This document shows positions 1 to 11,477 of a stretch of DNA of 24,922 bases, one piece after another. The notes below the pieces were generated by a model. It searched no databases. It had not been told where the DNA came from and was given only the letters and a program-made list of their open reading frames with translations. The stretch lies in NCBI RefSeq assembly GCF_000743755.1, contig NW_014569538.1, forward strand, positions 62,001 to 86,922, written 5' to 3'. How positions within the stretch are numbered: the first letter of the stretch is position 1; each line of letters opens with the position of its first letter. Position numbers and translations under genes: made by a program. This DNA comes from Blastocystis sp. subtype 4. Lineage: Eukaryota.

Positions 1-848
1 TCTGTTTGTGAATGGGTGGTGATTAGTAGAAGGCGGTAATGCATGCTCGCCAGCAGTCGCTACGACTATTTGGAATCTATTTTTCTGCTTTCTATAGTTC
101 AGCTGATGATAAGAACAGCTTGGATACGGAATTGAAACCTGGGGATGAAAAGGAAGTAAATGTTTCGACCACCATCCCAGGGAAGAATTCTCCTCGTGAG
201 ATAGAGCCGAATGGTCTTGAATCAGAGATGCCGGCTACTTCAGCGAAAACAGAGGTTGAAACAGTAGTTGAAGTTCCATTATCTAAGCCGAGTGTGGATA
301 TGAAGGCTCCTCCGACAGAGATTTCTCAGTCGAGTGATTTGTTGAATGGTATTGATCTGGATGCATTGGATATGGAAATGAATTCTATGGGGCAGCAACA
401 ATCAGCACAACAACCTGTACAACTACAGTCAGTGCAACAGCAACCTGTACAACCACAGCTCATTAAGCCCCAACCACTTCAACCTCAAACTGCTCAACCT
501 CAAACTGTACATCAGCCTCAGCAGCAACATCCTCAAGTACCTGCCTCATTCAGTCGCTCTCCTGTCTCATCACCTCCGTCAACTCGTCCTCTAGCTCGAT
601 CGTCTCCCCAACAGCAGTTTCCTCCTGCAATACGAAATCAGACTATGCTCCAAAATATACAGCAAAGTAGTATTATTAGAGGACCAAATGGACAGCCCAT
701 GATCCATCCACCTGTTTCAGGAAATCCTCAGTATATCCAGACTGCACAGAACAATGCCTTTTCTACGAAACGAACTGGGTCTTTCATATCCTTAAGAATC
801 TATTTAGTAGTAACTTAATTCTACGCTATCCCTGGACCTAAGAGATAA
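1..848 (+). CDS. 3' part of an unknown gene with an acidic and Q/P-rich low-complexity region (starts upstream of the window)
   Basis: Open frame 30-785 with QQPVQ/QPQT repeats. The last intron is ambiguous: AT-AC 786-824 gives ...TGSFAIPGPKR* (TAA 846-848), GT-AG 779-807/810 gives a stop at 839-841, and the unspliced frame stops at 818. Confidence 0.6.
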
Positions 849-988
849 CCTCTATGTATCCTTATCTTCTTGAACTACTGTTTGTGTATTCGACTATTTA
901 TGAAAAACCGCGATTCTGTTTTTATTCTATCAATACTTGTTATTTCTTTGTTTACAAATTATATTTCTGTTCCACAAGAGATAATAGC

Positions 989-2060
989 ATGGAAGGATTA
1001 GAACATGTCGTATTTTGGTAAGGTCTTCTTTAGTATCACTGTAATGCTTCTAGTATTGATAATTCTGCTTGGTCCAGAAATGGTGATTACCGTCCAACTC
1101 GTCTAGATGCTCAACTCGATTCAAGTGAGAGACTGATTCTTCGTCCTTATTCGTAGTTTATGACTTTTATCCAGTGTTTTTAGACGCAAATCCAGAAAAT
1201 ACCATGGGTATTATCACCATGGGAGGAAATCGGTATTTATGATAAACTGTTGGTAATTAGTGTAGTGTAACGGTTCAAACATCGCTTACTCGCGAACGAT
1301 ATAAATTGGGAACTTCAATGAAGCAACTGGAGAGAAAGGGGGAATGCGACCTGTATCGTGGTCTAGCGATGGCTCAAGTAACATATTATGTTTTCTTTTT
1401 ACGGTATAGCTTGTTCTCAAGCACAGAGAGAATACAAACGGTAAAACACGAATAATTGCTTTCGTTGGAAGCCCAATCAAAGAAAATCCAAAATTATTGA
1501 GGTAAAAGTTCCTAGAGGAAATTGAATTTAGACTGGCGTTAATGTTGTCAAAGGATCAAATTGCTGTGGATATCCTTTCTTTCGGAGAAATGGAAGAGAA
1601 TCATGAGGTTCTATCGAATTTCATTTCCCAAGTCAACTTGGACGATAATAGGTAAAGGCGATTCTTAATATTCATTGTAGCCATCTTTACGAAGTGTCAT
1701 CGTATCAGAGTTTCAATGACATTATCTTGCCCACTCATACAGGAAACGGATTTGATGACGATGATGCTTTGGACCCTGAATTGCGTCGTGTACTGGAGGA
1801 ATCGATGCGTACATATCAACAAGAGACAGGTCAGGCGATGGCTCCGATGATGACAGATACGATGGAGTCATCAGGGAAATCGGATGATATGGAAGAGTTA
1901 AAGCAAGCCTTTGAAGGAGAGGATGTAGATGAGGAATATATAGCGGATGTAAGGACGTGGAGAAGAATTGACATGTAGTTGCGTGCAGCAATGTTGGAAT
2001 CATTACAAGAATCACAAAACAATGATAAGGATAAGAAGGATAATAATAAAGAAGTTGATT
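989..2060 (+). CDS. RPN10: 26S proteasome regulatory subunit Rpn10/PSMD4 (vWA domain + 2 UIM-like motifs), 7 short GT-AG introns
   Basis: Spliced translation: MEGLEHVVFC|IDNSAWSRNGDYRPTRLDAQ...NPENTMGIITMGG...AQ|LVLKHRENTNGKTRIIAFVGSPI...IAVDILSFGE...DPELRRVLEESM...LRAAMLESLQ. No genomic stop before the TGTTTGTT motif at 2065; predicted stop is T2060 + poly(A). Backup genomic TAA at 2072-2074. Confidence 0.92.
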
Positions 2061-2064
2061 ATAG

Positions 2065-2080
2065 TGTTTGTTAACAAAAG
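2065..2080. terminator. Back-to-back 3'-end/polyadenylation motifs: TGTTTGTT (+, 2065-2072) and CTTTTGTT (-, 2080-2073)
   Basis: tgtttgtt|aacaaaag lies between the convergent Rpn10 and HAT-like genes and matches the known Blastocystis downstream poly(A) element. Confidence 0.75.
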
Positions 2081-2107
2081 CAATTCACAAATGGAAACTT
2101 ACAAAGA

Positions 2108-5100
2108 CTAGTTGTCCATCTGGGATGCTCCATACAAGATCTTCATCTGACGAATCATTTGAGAAGGTTGATTCAACACTTGAAACATATAATCGGGTTT
2201 GAATGCATAAGTAAACTGTTTCCGAGCCTCAGAGATCCTTATCTCCTCCATCTCAGGAGGTTCCACTGTAATGCCCTTACCACGTCTCTTCAGTCTCTGC
2301 GATCGATACTTCCCAGCTCGCAATAATGCTTCGTAATAGAGATCGGCATCACGAGCCACTTCTCCAGCAGTAATATGATAAGCATGGTACATAACCTATC
2401 GCTCAAAGCCTCTCCACAATACCAACTTCTTTTGGGGATGAAGTAATGAACTCTTGACAACGGAACCACAGTGGGCCATAATTTGGTTGATAATAGGATG
2501 ATCGTTTCATGAAGAAGACAATGGAAGGAAGAGAACGCAATAAGAATGCAAGACGATACGGACTCTGTATCTGATGAAACATCAAGAAGGCATCTGATGT
2601 GATTATAGCTAGACGAAGAGCCTCAATAAATGAATCACCATATTGAGGTGTGAAGAACACTGCAAAGTTTAGACATTTGGATGCATTGAGTGGGTTGAAG
2701 TGACGAGATGTTGGATTCAGATAGATACGAGCTCCTTCACACCACACTTCTCCAGATTTGGCAACATGTTTGAGTGATTGATGAAATGCCTCTAAGGCAT
2801 ACTCAGGGCCAAATAACCTAGAAATTACTGAGAGAACAAAGCAATACTGATGGATCAAATGAATGTAACTAGACCAGAGTCTACCAGCTCCAATGTGTGT
2901 TTTGAGGGCATCAACAGTCAATCGAAGTGCTTCTGAGAATTGCTCATGAAGAATGAACTGATTCACACGCTCTAAGAGAAGTTTCCATTCAGTAGGAAAC
3001 GTCTGAATACCAAAATTTAACAGACCAATGCTAGTGGCGAAATGATACCCATGATACTCCATCTTGCTGTACTCCAAAAGAACAGAATGACGGGATTTGA
3101 TTGGAACTAAATGATAACTACGCTGGATGAACTAAATGTCAATAGAAGGAGGAATTATACCTTTCGCCCTAGAGCTCGATAACCAATCAAATTGACGTAA
3201 CGAGCTACCAGCATATACAGCTTCCATCGAAGATTCTCTGGACAGACTTCAACACAAGCTCTCATGCTCTTATACGCCTTTGCAAAACAGATAGATTCAC
3301 ATTGAAGAAGTTCTGGAAGTCGAGATGGCTAGAGATGAATTGTCAAAAGCAAGTTCACATCATCGAATGTAACAGATCGCATGTACATACAACTTCGTAA
3401 CCAACAATATACACGAAGAAGATATACCTTCCATAAGATATCAGATGTCAATTGAGAATGTGCTTGTTCAGCAAAGGCTTCAATTCTATCTGCCTTTAGT
3501 AAGTCATACATCCTTTGACTATTCCATGTAATAATCAATTCGTGTTCAAACAAGTCAAAACAGAAGAACCATAATGGGCCATATTTTGGGAAAATCTTCA
3601 AAGCCTCATTTGCAAGAGAAAGCAGTACATCACGTCTTCCTGCTCTCTGTTCTCCCAACATCATTCCATAATATAGATTTCCAGTATAATACTTTGAAGG
3701 ATAAGTTACTGAAGAGCCAAGTTCATAAGCCATCTTCTCATATCCCAGTTTCGCCAACACACTAAGTCCTTCAACCATAATCTTCATTGATTTCTGCGTA
3801 TCCAAATAGCGCAATTCATTTAGTAATTCAATAACTTCATTCACAGAACGTAATCGCTCTTCTACACGAAGCCGTTTTTGGAGAAGCAGTTCGTTATGTG
3901 GATGTTGGGTACATGCGGTCATCAACACGATACGAGAATTCTTATACTCTCCACATTCCATTTCTAATCGACAGAATTCCAACCAGACTTGGATGTTACT
4001 TCCGTATTCCAGCACTAATTCTACGAATATCGTTCTTGACTTTGTAATATGACATATCTTCTTCTCTTGAATACCAACTTCAATACGACGTTTGATCAAA
4101 TCTTTATCTCCTTCCACTTTTTGCTGAGATGCTTTTGACAGATAACGTTGTTTCTCTCCATCAAATCCATCCCAAATTCGACGGTATACTGGTTCTTGCC
4201 ACAATTGAGATAAGTGAATTGGAGGATTCACACCACCATTGGAGACAGCAATTGAAGCAAGGGATGAAGCTGGAGTCTTTTTCTGAGATATTATACGTTC
4301 TGTTGAAACATGTGAACTATGAGACGAAAATGACTCTGACCGATTCAGAGGTGGGTTTGAAAAATGAGGTCGTGGGGCATAAATACCCTGACCTGTATTA
4401 AACACAGACATCCCTTCACAATCTAGAGGATCTAAGTACACATTATCACTGAATCCAAAAACACTTCGAGGTGCTGGTGGATCTGATGAACTGTTTGAAG
4501 GGACATTTACCCATAACGAATCACCCAATTCCCACGGTTCAACAAATGATCCTTCTAATCCTCGGAAAGTGTGATTTAGATCGTTAAAATCATACAAACC
4601 ACTTGAATATTCATTATCGTTATAATAATCCCCCTGATACTCACGAGAAAAAGGAGAGGACTTCATAGCAGAGAGATTACGTCGGAATGCGGAACCTGAA
4701 GTACGATATGGAGGAGCAGAAAACATGGAAGAATCATTGGAATGGAAAAGCTCTGTTTCGTAATATGGATCTGCTTGGTGGGAATGCGAAGAATCCCGCC
4801 AAGAGTTTGATACAATAGCTGAAGATGGAACAGTTCCTTGTCGATCCCAATCACTCTGACCAGACATATAAGATTGTGATAAATGACGTCCTGAAGAGTA
4901 ATCATGATAGTGAGAAGATCGGTCTACTGGGTTAGTCCAGGTAGCTCGCATCTGATTATCGAAGGGTTGTTGACTAAATCTCACTTTGAACGTTTATAAC
5001 TACTTGCCTCTATGGGTATCTAAACGGTTGGATCGATAAGTAGGATTCACCGTAGTACCTTGCTGAAAGTGAGGACTTGCGTTCATTTCACCAACAGAAA

Positions 5101-5265
5101 GAGAAGAACTATCTATCAGAAAGGTATAAAGTCACAATACGGGGAAATGGTCGAACTCAGTCTCCATGAAGAGGAAGGCTGATATCCAGAACTACAATCA
5201 TTAGTAACTCTACTCTGTAACATACGGCGAGAAATCAGATCTGACAGCCTTTCCTGATCCTCCAT
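2108..5265 (-). CDS. Large uncharacterised protein: disordered Ser-rich N-terminal half plus HAT/TPR-like helical repeat C-terminal half, about 6 introns
   Basis: ORF pieces 5265-5116, 4984-3329, 3077-2403 and 2392-2108 join through 29-32 nt GT-AG introns, including an in-frame one at 2847-2818. Repeat motifs VWLEFCRLEMECG, PKYGPLWF, ILWKVY, LRWKLY, KSGEVWCEGARI, TPQYGDSFIE and PNYGPLWF resemble HAT (half-a-TPR) repeats. Confidence 0.7.
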
Positions 5266-5761
5266 GTTTGCTATTTCCCTTATTATGGTTTTTTTTCTAC
5301 TCCTTATCACACTCCTATAGATACACTACATGTAGGTAATGAGGCTGATTCATTCGATGAGTTTGTAATCGAGAACACGAACAAACCGAGAGACTAACAA
5401 TCTAAGTCCTTATCGAAGAAATGCTAATCCCAATAAATAGATAATTGGGGTAGTCACAAAGAGCCTAGCAGTTGAAGACAATTGTGATCGAAAGTACCTA
5501 ACCCAAAAATGGATTATAAGAGTTTGTGGAGCACAACCAATATTCTCTATCAACTTAAAACAAGAAAGGAGAACAGGTAACCAAATCCGCATAATTGCTC
5601 ATTTTACCGGGTTTCTCCGACACCTAACAGGAGAAAAGGAGAGGAGAGTTCCTATGATAAGGGAGATTACGGTTCTTTTCGATTATCAGCGGCACTATTC
5701 TATCCATTCTTTCAACTGATTGTCATTCTCACATTATTGTTGCTATTGTCCTGATTCTAGC

Positions 5762-7477
5762 ATGACTGAGGTTGTTATTCCTGAAACTGCTGAGGAGCTC
5801 ACTCTTCCTACCGTTCATCCTGAGGTCTGTAAAGCCACTAACAAAGTTGATGATGTTTGGAAGAGAAGAAGAATTCTTATCAGAGATATTATTTGCACTC
5901 GTATATTTGGTCTAATTCTCTTATGATGTAGCTGACAAAGGTCTTTCCTACGTTGGTAAGATGATCACCATCGGAGGTTGGACTAGAACGATCCGTAAGC
6001 AAGTAAGGTTTTGGCATTGAAATGATGTGCAGGGAGGAGGCAAGTTTGCATTTGTTGTTATGAACGATGGTTCTACTTTCGATAACCTTCAATGCATCAG
6101 TTTGGTTTGTTCGGTTTCTCTCATGGATAGTGGATAGTGAAAAGGTTTCCAACTATGATCAGGTTTTGAAGGCAGGAAACGTCGGTGTGTGTCTTCAAAT
6201 CAAGGGTATTCTTGTTAAGAGTCCTGCTGCTGGTCAGCCTGTGGAACTTCATGCAGTTGAAGTGGTTGTCCTTGGAGCTTGTGACCCTGCTAAGTTCCCT
6301 CTTGCTAAGAAGAGACATACTCTGGAACACCTCCGTGACATTGCTCATCTTCGTTCTCGTACGAACACTGTAGTCTTTGCTACATCGGATTCATGATAGA
6401 TTGGTGCAGTAGCTCGTGTTCGCAACTCTTGTGCCTTCGCTACTCACCTCTTTTTCCAAGAACGTGGATTCAAGTACATTCACACTCCCATTATTACTAC
6501 TGCTGATTGTGAGGGAGCTGGTGAAATGTTCACTGTGACCACTATGCTGGATGAGAAGGTTAAGGATATTCCTGCTACTCCTGAGGGTATGATTGATTAC
6601 TCCAAGGACTTCTTTGGCAAACATGCCAAGATGACTGTGAGTGGTCAGTTGAATGTGGAAACCTATTGCTGCGCTCTCTGTGATGTTTATACTTTCGGAC
6701 CTACCTTCCGTGCTGAGAATTCTCATTCTGTGCGTCATTTGTCTGAATTCTGGATGATCGAGCCTGAGATGGCGTAGGATCAGAAACATGTTTATTACAA
6801 TTAGCTTTGCTGATCTCGAGGTAGATATGGCTGTAGCCGAAGACTATGTGAAGTTTTGTACTTCGTATGTGATGGAACATAATGCTGACGATCTGGCTTT
6901 CTTTGAGAAACAGATCGAGCCTGTAGGGATTGAGTGTGAGGATGATGGACAGGGTCTGTTGGATCGACTGAAGAATGTCTTGGAGAGTCCGTTCGTACAT
7001 CTACCGTACACAAAGGCTATTGAGATTCTGGAAGAGGCTGCAAAGACAGTGAAGTTCGAAGTGAAGCCTTATTGGGGTTTGGACCTGGGTTCAGAGCACG
7101 AGCGTTATCTGACAGAACAGGTATTCAAGAGACCCGTGATCATGACAGATTATCCTAAGGAGATCAAGGCTTTCTATATGAAGTTGAACGAGGATGGTAA
7201 GACAGTGCGAGCTATGGATATTCTGGTACCCAAGATTGGTGAACTCATTGGAGGATCACAGAGAGAGGAACACTTGGAAGTGTTGGAGAAGAGGATTGAG
7301 GAGATGCATATGTCCAAGGACACATTGGAGTGGTATTTGGATCTCCGTCGTTATGGAACTGTCCCTCATAGTGGATTTGGATTGGGATTTGAACGATTGG
7401 TCATGTTTGTGACTGGAATGGAGAACATTCGTGATGTGATTCCTTTCCCTCGCTGGCCTAAGAATGCTGATTACTAA
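5762..7477 (+). CDS. asnS: Asparagine--tRNA ligase (bacterial/organellar-type AsnRS), 6 introns
   Basis: Motifs [47 protein letters not shown]...[23 protein letters not shown] and [12 protein letters not shown]. All introns are GT-AG, 30-31 nt; 6923-6952 is in-frame and stop-free. Confidence 0.95.
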
Positions 7478-7487
7478 TAGGTTTGAT

Positions 7488-7504
7488 TCTTTGTTAAACA
7501 TACA
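7488..7504. terminator. Back-to-back 3'-end motifs: TCTTTGTT (+, 7488-7495) and TGTATGTT (-, 7504-7497)
   Basis: One-mismatch variants of TGTTTGTT between the convergent AsnRS and helicase stop codons. Confidence 0.6.
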
Positions 7505-7509
7505 GGAGT

Positions 7510-8921
7510 CTAAAGGACTTGATTTTGTTTCTTTTCCTTTTTTCGAAGGAGTCGTTTACGAGAGTAGAGAGGCGATAAGTCATTATGAACTCCACATTCC
7601 TATCCCATCATTCTCTACTGTCTATCCTTACAAGGATTCGTCGATAGAGCAATTCATTATCTGGTGTTACCATACATATCACTAGATATCACTTCAATCA
7701 TTCTTTTTCACCTGATCCCTTCTCTCCATTTCTTCCTGTTCGACCACAGCGATGAAGGAACGTTGTTACATCCCGAGCAAAATCATACTGAATAATCATT
7801 TTGATTCTAGTCGTGTCCACACCTCGACTCAAGATGTCCGTACACACAGTACACAATGGACTTCCTTTCAATACAAGCTTCACTCCCCTCTCACGCTGCT
7901 CTTGTGTATCATCTTGAGAGATTGTTTGAACCTTTAGATTCAACAGTTTCAATTGATCTGCCACTTGTTTACACCCTTTTGCATTTCTCACAAATACCAG
8001 ACTTGGAATTCCTTCTAATCGTGGAACAAGCTCCTTCAATGAAGCTAGTTTCTCTTCATTATTCTTTTGTTCTAGAAACTCCACTGAGATATTATCAGGA
8101 ATACTATTCTGAAAAGATCCTTCTATCCATGTGAGATTAGGAAACTCCGATTCTAGTACTCCTCCAGCAGTTCGCCGACCTATTCTCATTAAATCAGAAG
8201 AGTTGTACCATTTCGCGGAAGTGTGGCTCCTGCTGCTACTACTTTGAGATTGCGATTTGTTTTCTGCAAGATATGAAGAGATTCCAGGACTTTCCATTTG
8301 AAAGGATCATTTAATAACACATCGGCTTCATCGAGGACCAAGATTGAAATGAGATGTTGGAACATTGCAAGCGATTCAATGTCACATTTACGAAATGCCT
8401 TTCGGATATACTATGAGTTACTTCCATAATGACACACATACTTCATGAACTGGCAATGCAGTACCAACGATCACATTCGGAAATACTCCCCGTTCAATTC
8501 CATTCGAATCACTTTTATCCATTGTTGACTTGCCTACTAATACTGTAGATGAGATTGAAGGTATCAATTGATGGAGAACAGTATCAAATTGATAAGCCAA
8601 TTCCTTTCTTGGAGTCATAACGACTAAGCGAGTGTTTGCATTGTTCATGTAATCATTCAAATAAGGAAGAAGATATGCTAGGGTCTTTCCACTACCAGTC
8701 TCGGATGATAGAGCAATAGGATACACGTTTTTCAGTTGTAATGGAATTGACTACCAAAATGATACATTCCCTTTAGAATATACCTTCTCTTGGATCACCG
8801 TAGGCTTTACGATATTCAGACCACCCAGCTGTTTTACTAACTCAGATCGCACTCCAAGTTTTGTAAACGAAAGAAATCGTTTTAAGGATCGACTTCCACA
8901 TATCTGGACGGATGCTATCAT
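7510..8921 (-). CDS. DEAD-box RNA helicase, DDX28/Mrh4-like (probably organellar), 5 introns
   Basis: Q motif (F..LG...PTVIQ), SETGSGKT, TPRKELAYQ, VLDEAD, GAT, TDILSRGVD and HRCGRTGR. C-terminus YSRKRLLRKK. N-terminus MIASVQICGSRSLKRFLS is basic with no acidic residues, like a presequence. Confidence 0.8.
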
Positions 8922-9113
8922 GTCTCTGAGTTGATAATGAACTATCTTTTGTCTCTTCTTGTATTATTGGACTGTCTCTGTTTACTACAGGTAGAGGACA
9001 CACAATCTGTCTTTGGAGAATAGAATCTGTTCAATTCTTGGGATCCCCATTCTTTGGTATGGTGCACTCATAGTCGATTCATCGCAATTGTAACATCTAG
9101 ATTCAACTCGACG

Positions 9114-10003
9114 ATGTCAGGAGCGGGAAGGATTCTAGAGCGCAACGGTAATCGTGTCTGGCACGTTATCGATGCAAAGGGACAAGTTTGACATTATGGT
9201 TGCGAGTTTCCTCTAGGTTCTTGGTCGGTTGGCTACTCAGATCTCTGCAGTACTGATGGGAAAGCATAAACCTACATATAATCCAAGTGATCCTGAATGT
9301 GGTGATTATGTTGTTGTTATCAATGCCGGTGAAATTGCGTATTCAAAGAAGACATACGAAAAGAAAGTCTACTATTGGCACACTGGTTGGCCTGGTGGTC
9401 TGAAGCAGCGTACATTGAAGGTTTGATTTTGTATTTTTCTTTACTTCTAGGAGATGGAGAAGAGGAACCCTGAAAAGATTCTCTGGAAGGCTGTGTATGG
9501 CATGTTACCCAGAAACAACGTATCTTGATTGCCTTTATATTGATTGTAGTTACGTAAGGAGCGTATTCAGCGGCTTCGCATTTATATGGACGATTCCCAT
9601 CCTCATGCTCCTCAAGTTCGTGAAACGGACTGGAATATTTGGCATTTGCGTCCTGCACTGGACCCTCGGAGTAATGATGCCTTGTTATCCTTCCCAGTTC
9701 GTGAGATTCCTGAAGATTGGGGTCGTGTTGTCTTGGATTGGAACAACCACGAGAAAGATTACAAGGATCCATACGGCAGCATCGATTTTAACAAGTTACA
9801 CGATCTGTATATACAAGTGGGGATTTGGAGATTCTCTCATGTAGGCACATCCTGAAGAGAAAGAGAAGGACGATGCGCTTTATGAGAAAGTGATGAAGAT
9901 GAGAAAGGATCTTGATGTTCCTGTCGACCCGAAGGCCATTGATGGTTGGAAAGAGAAGTGGAAAAATGCTATTGACATTGAGAAGTATGTACGCAAGGAA
10001 TAG
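9114..10003 (+). CDS. MRPL13: Bacterial-type (mitochondrion-related organelle) ribosomal protein uL13 with a long C-terminal extension, 4 introns
   Basis: [32 protein letters not shown]...GDYVVVINA...[12 protein letters not shown]...AVYGMLPRN...RLRIY...HPH. The frame continues through intron 9817-9844 to TAG at 10001-10003. Confidence 0.9.
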
Positions 10004-10018
10004 TTCTTTTATCAATTG

Positions 10019-10033
10019 CTATTGTTACAAACA
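10019..10033. terminator. Overlapping 3'-end motifs: CTATTGTT (+, 10019-10026, degenerate) and TGTTTGTA (-, 10033-10026)
   Basis: Lies between the convergent uL13 and ALG2 genes. The T of the ALG2 stop is 5 nt upstream of the minus-strand motif. Confidence 0.55.
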
Positions 10034-10035
10034 CT

Positions 10036-11415
10036 TCAATGCTTCACTACGAATATCAAAACAATGATAAGGATAAAAGGAATATATAGTTGTGGACAAA
10101 TCCTCCTTTTCATCTTCATTACACAGGCATTCAATTGTTCACTGAAAGCTGTAAAAGAAAACCGTTCTTCTACCCTCTCTTTTCCTTTTTCTCCCAATTT
10201 ATCACCAAGGTCCGTTTTCACTACTAACTCACCCATTGCTTCTCCATACTCCTGCCACTCATTACAAAGGAATCCATTAGTTCCAGGAATAACGGTCTCC
10301 ATAGGACCACCTGAATTATCAGCAATTACTGGACGACCAAGTGCCATAGCTTCCAAGGGCACAATACCGAAATGTTCCTTATTCGGAGTATAGATCAGAG
10401 CAATACTATTCTTAATTAGAGCAGCCTTCAGATCTTGAGCACAATTTCGAATGAAGATGATATAGTCTGAAACTCCTTCATTCTACTCTTTAAAGGATCT
10501 TTCATATTCCTACCATTGCGATCATATTCAATTCTTCAAAATACTCAACATTCTCGGATAATCGAGGATCATAACCTCCAACAATAACTAATCGTAGTTT
10601 ATTCTTAGTATAGACGTTTTCCCCGTATTTCAAGCGTAACATGGCAAATCCAAGAATTGCCTTCTCCACTCCCTTCTTCCTCTCATATCTATTTACGGAG
10701 ATAAAATACTTGCAATTATTCAATTCTTTTGGCATAGGAGGATGAGAATCAGCCAACGTACGAATTGTTCCAAAGTCAACTGCAGGATACAACACCTCTG
10801 GGAGGACAGAATTCATTTTCATGATAAGTTTGAATGACTCTGCATAAACTGATTGTGTGTATAACGAATTAACGAGGACGGTATCTGCCATAGATACACA
10901 GTACTCCTCAAATAGGTCAAATGGAATTCGATAGATTCGCTTGAAGAAACCGTTGTGAGGCGTTTGTACGTAGTCAGGATGATGGCAATAGAAGAGAATC
11001 CTGGAAGATGTAAACAATCTTAGAATTGGAATATATGCAGCATTTTGATCACAGAAGATCACATCAAAGTGGGAGTATTTGACACTTACGACAAACGCCA
11101 AATAGACAGCACGGATAATCGCAAAGAAGATATAAAACCGATTGAAAAGAGTTCGTGGAAGGAAGTCACCGTGCACGATCACGTTGAGTGTTCCTATTTA
11201 TCAAGTCATAAAGTGAATACAAACCATCTTTTGTTTCATCAAATGCCTTAACACCATGATGCGAAGTGAACCTAGATCATAAGCGATTGGATTGAACTGT
11301 ACATGGTAACATCATGTCCTTTTTGTTTCAAAGCAACAGCTGCATCCACGACCAACCGTTCAGCACCACCAATTCCAAGGTCTGGATGCAAGAAAGCAAT
11401 CTTCAGAGTACTCAT
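10036..11415 (-). CDS. ALG2: Alpha-1,3/1,6-mannosyltransferase ALG2 (GT4), 3 introns
   Basis: [71 protein letters not shown] and NSGGPMETV, plus a hydrophobic C-terminal segment. Confidence 0.95.
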
Positions 11416-11477
11416 TACTGATTACGTCATACCTATTAGTTTAGTTTAAGTATGACTGTTTTAAATACATTTCAGAA

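Noticed and set aside
856..863. GTATCCTT, a U12-type donor match
   Set aside because: It lies after the stop codon, with no AG acceptor at intron-like distance.
1570..1577. ATATCCTT inside Rpn10
   Set aside because: It encodes the conserved VDILSFGE vWA segment, and the frame is intact without splicing.
5654..5719. Upstream ATG as a possible targeting-peptide exon for AsnRS
   Set aside because: An in-frame TGA at 5717-5719 precedes the putative intron, so it cannot extend the protein; at most a uORF.
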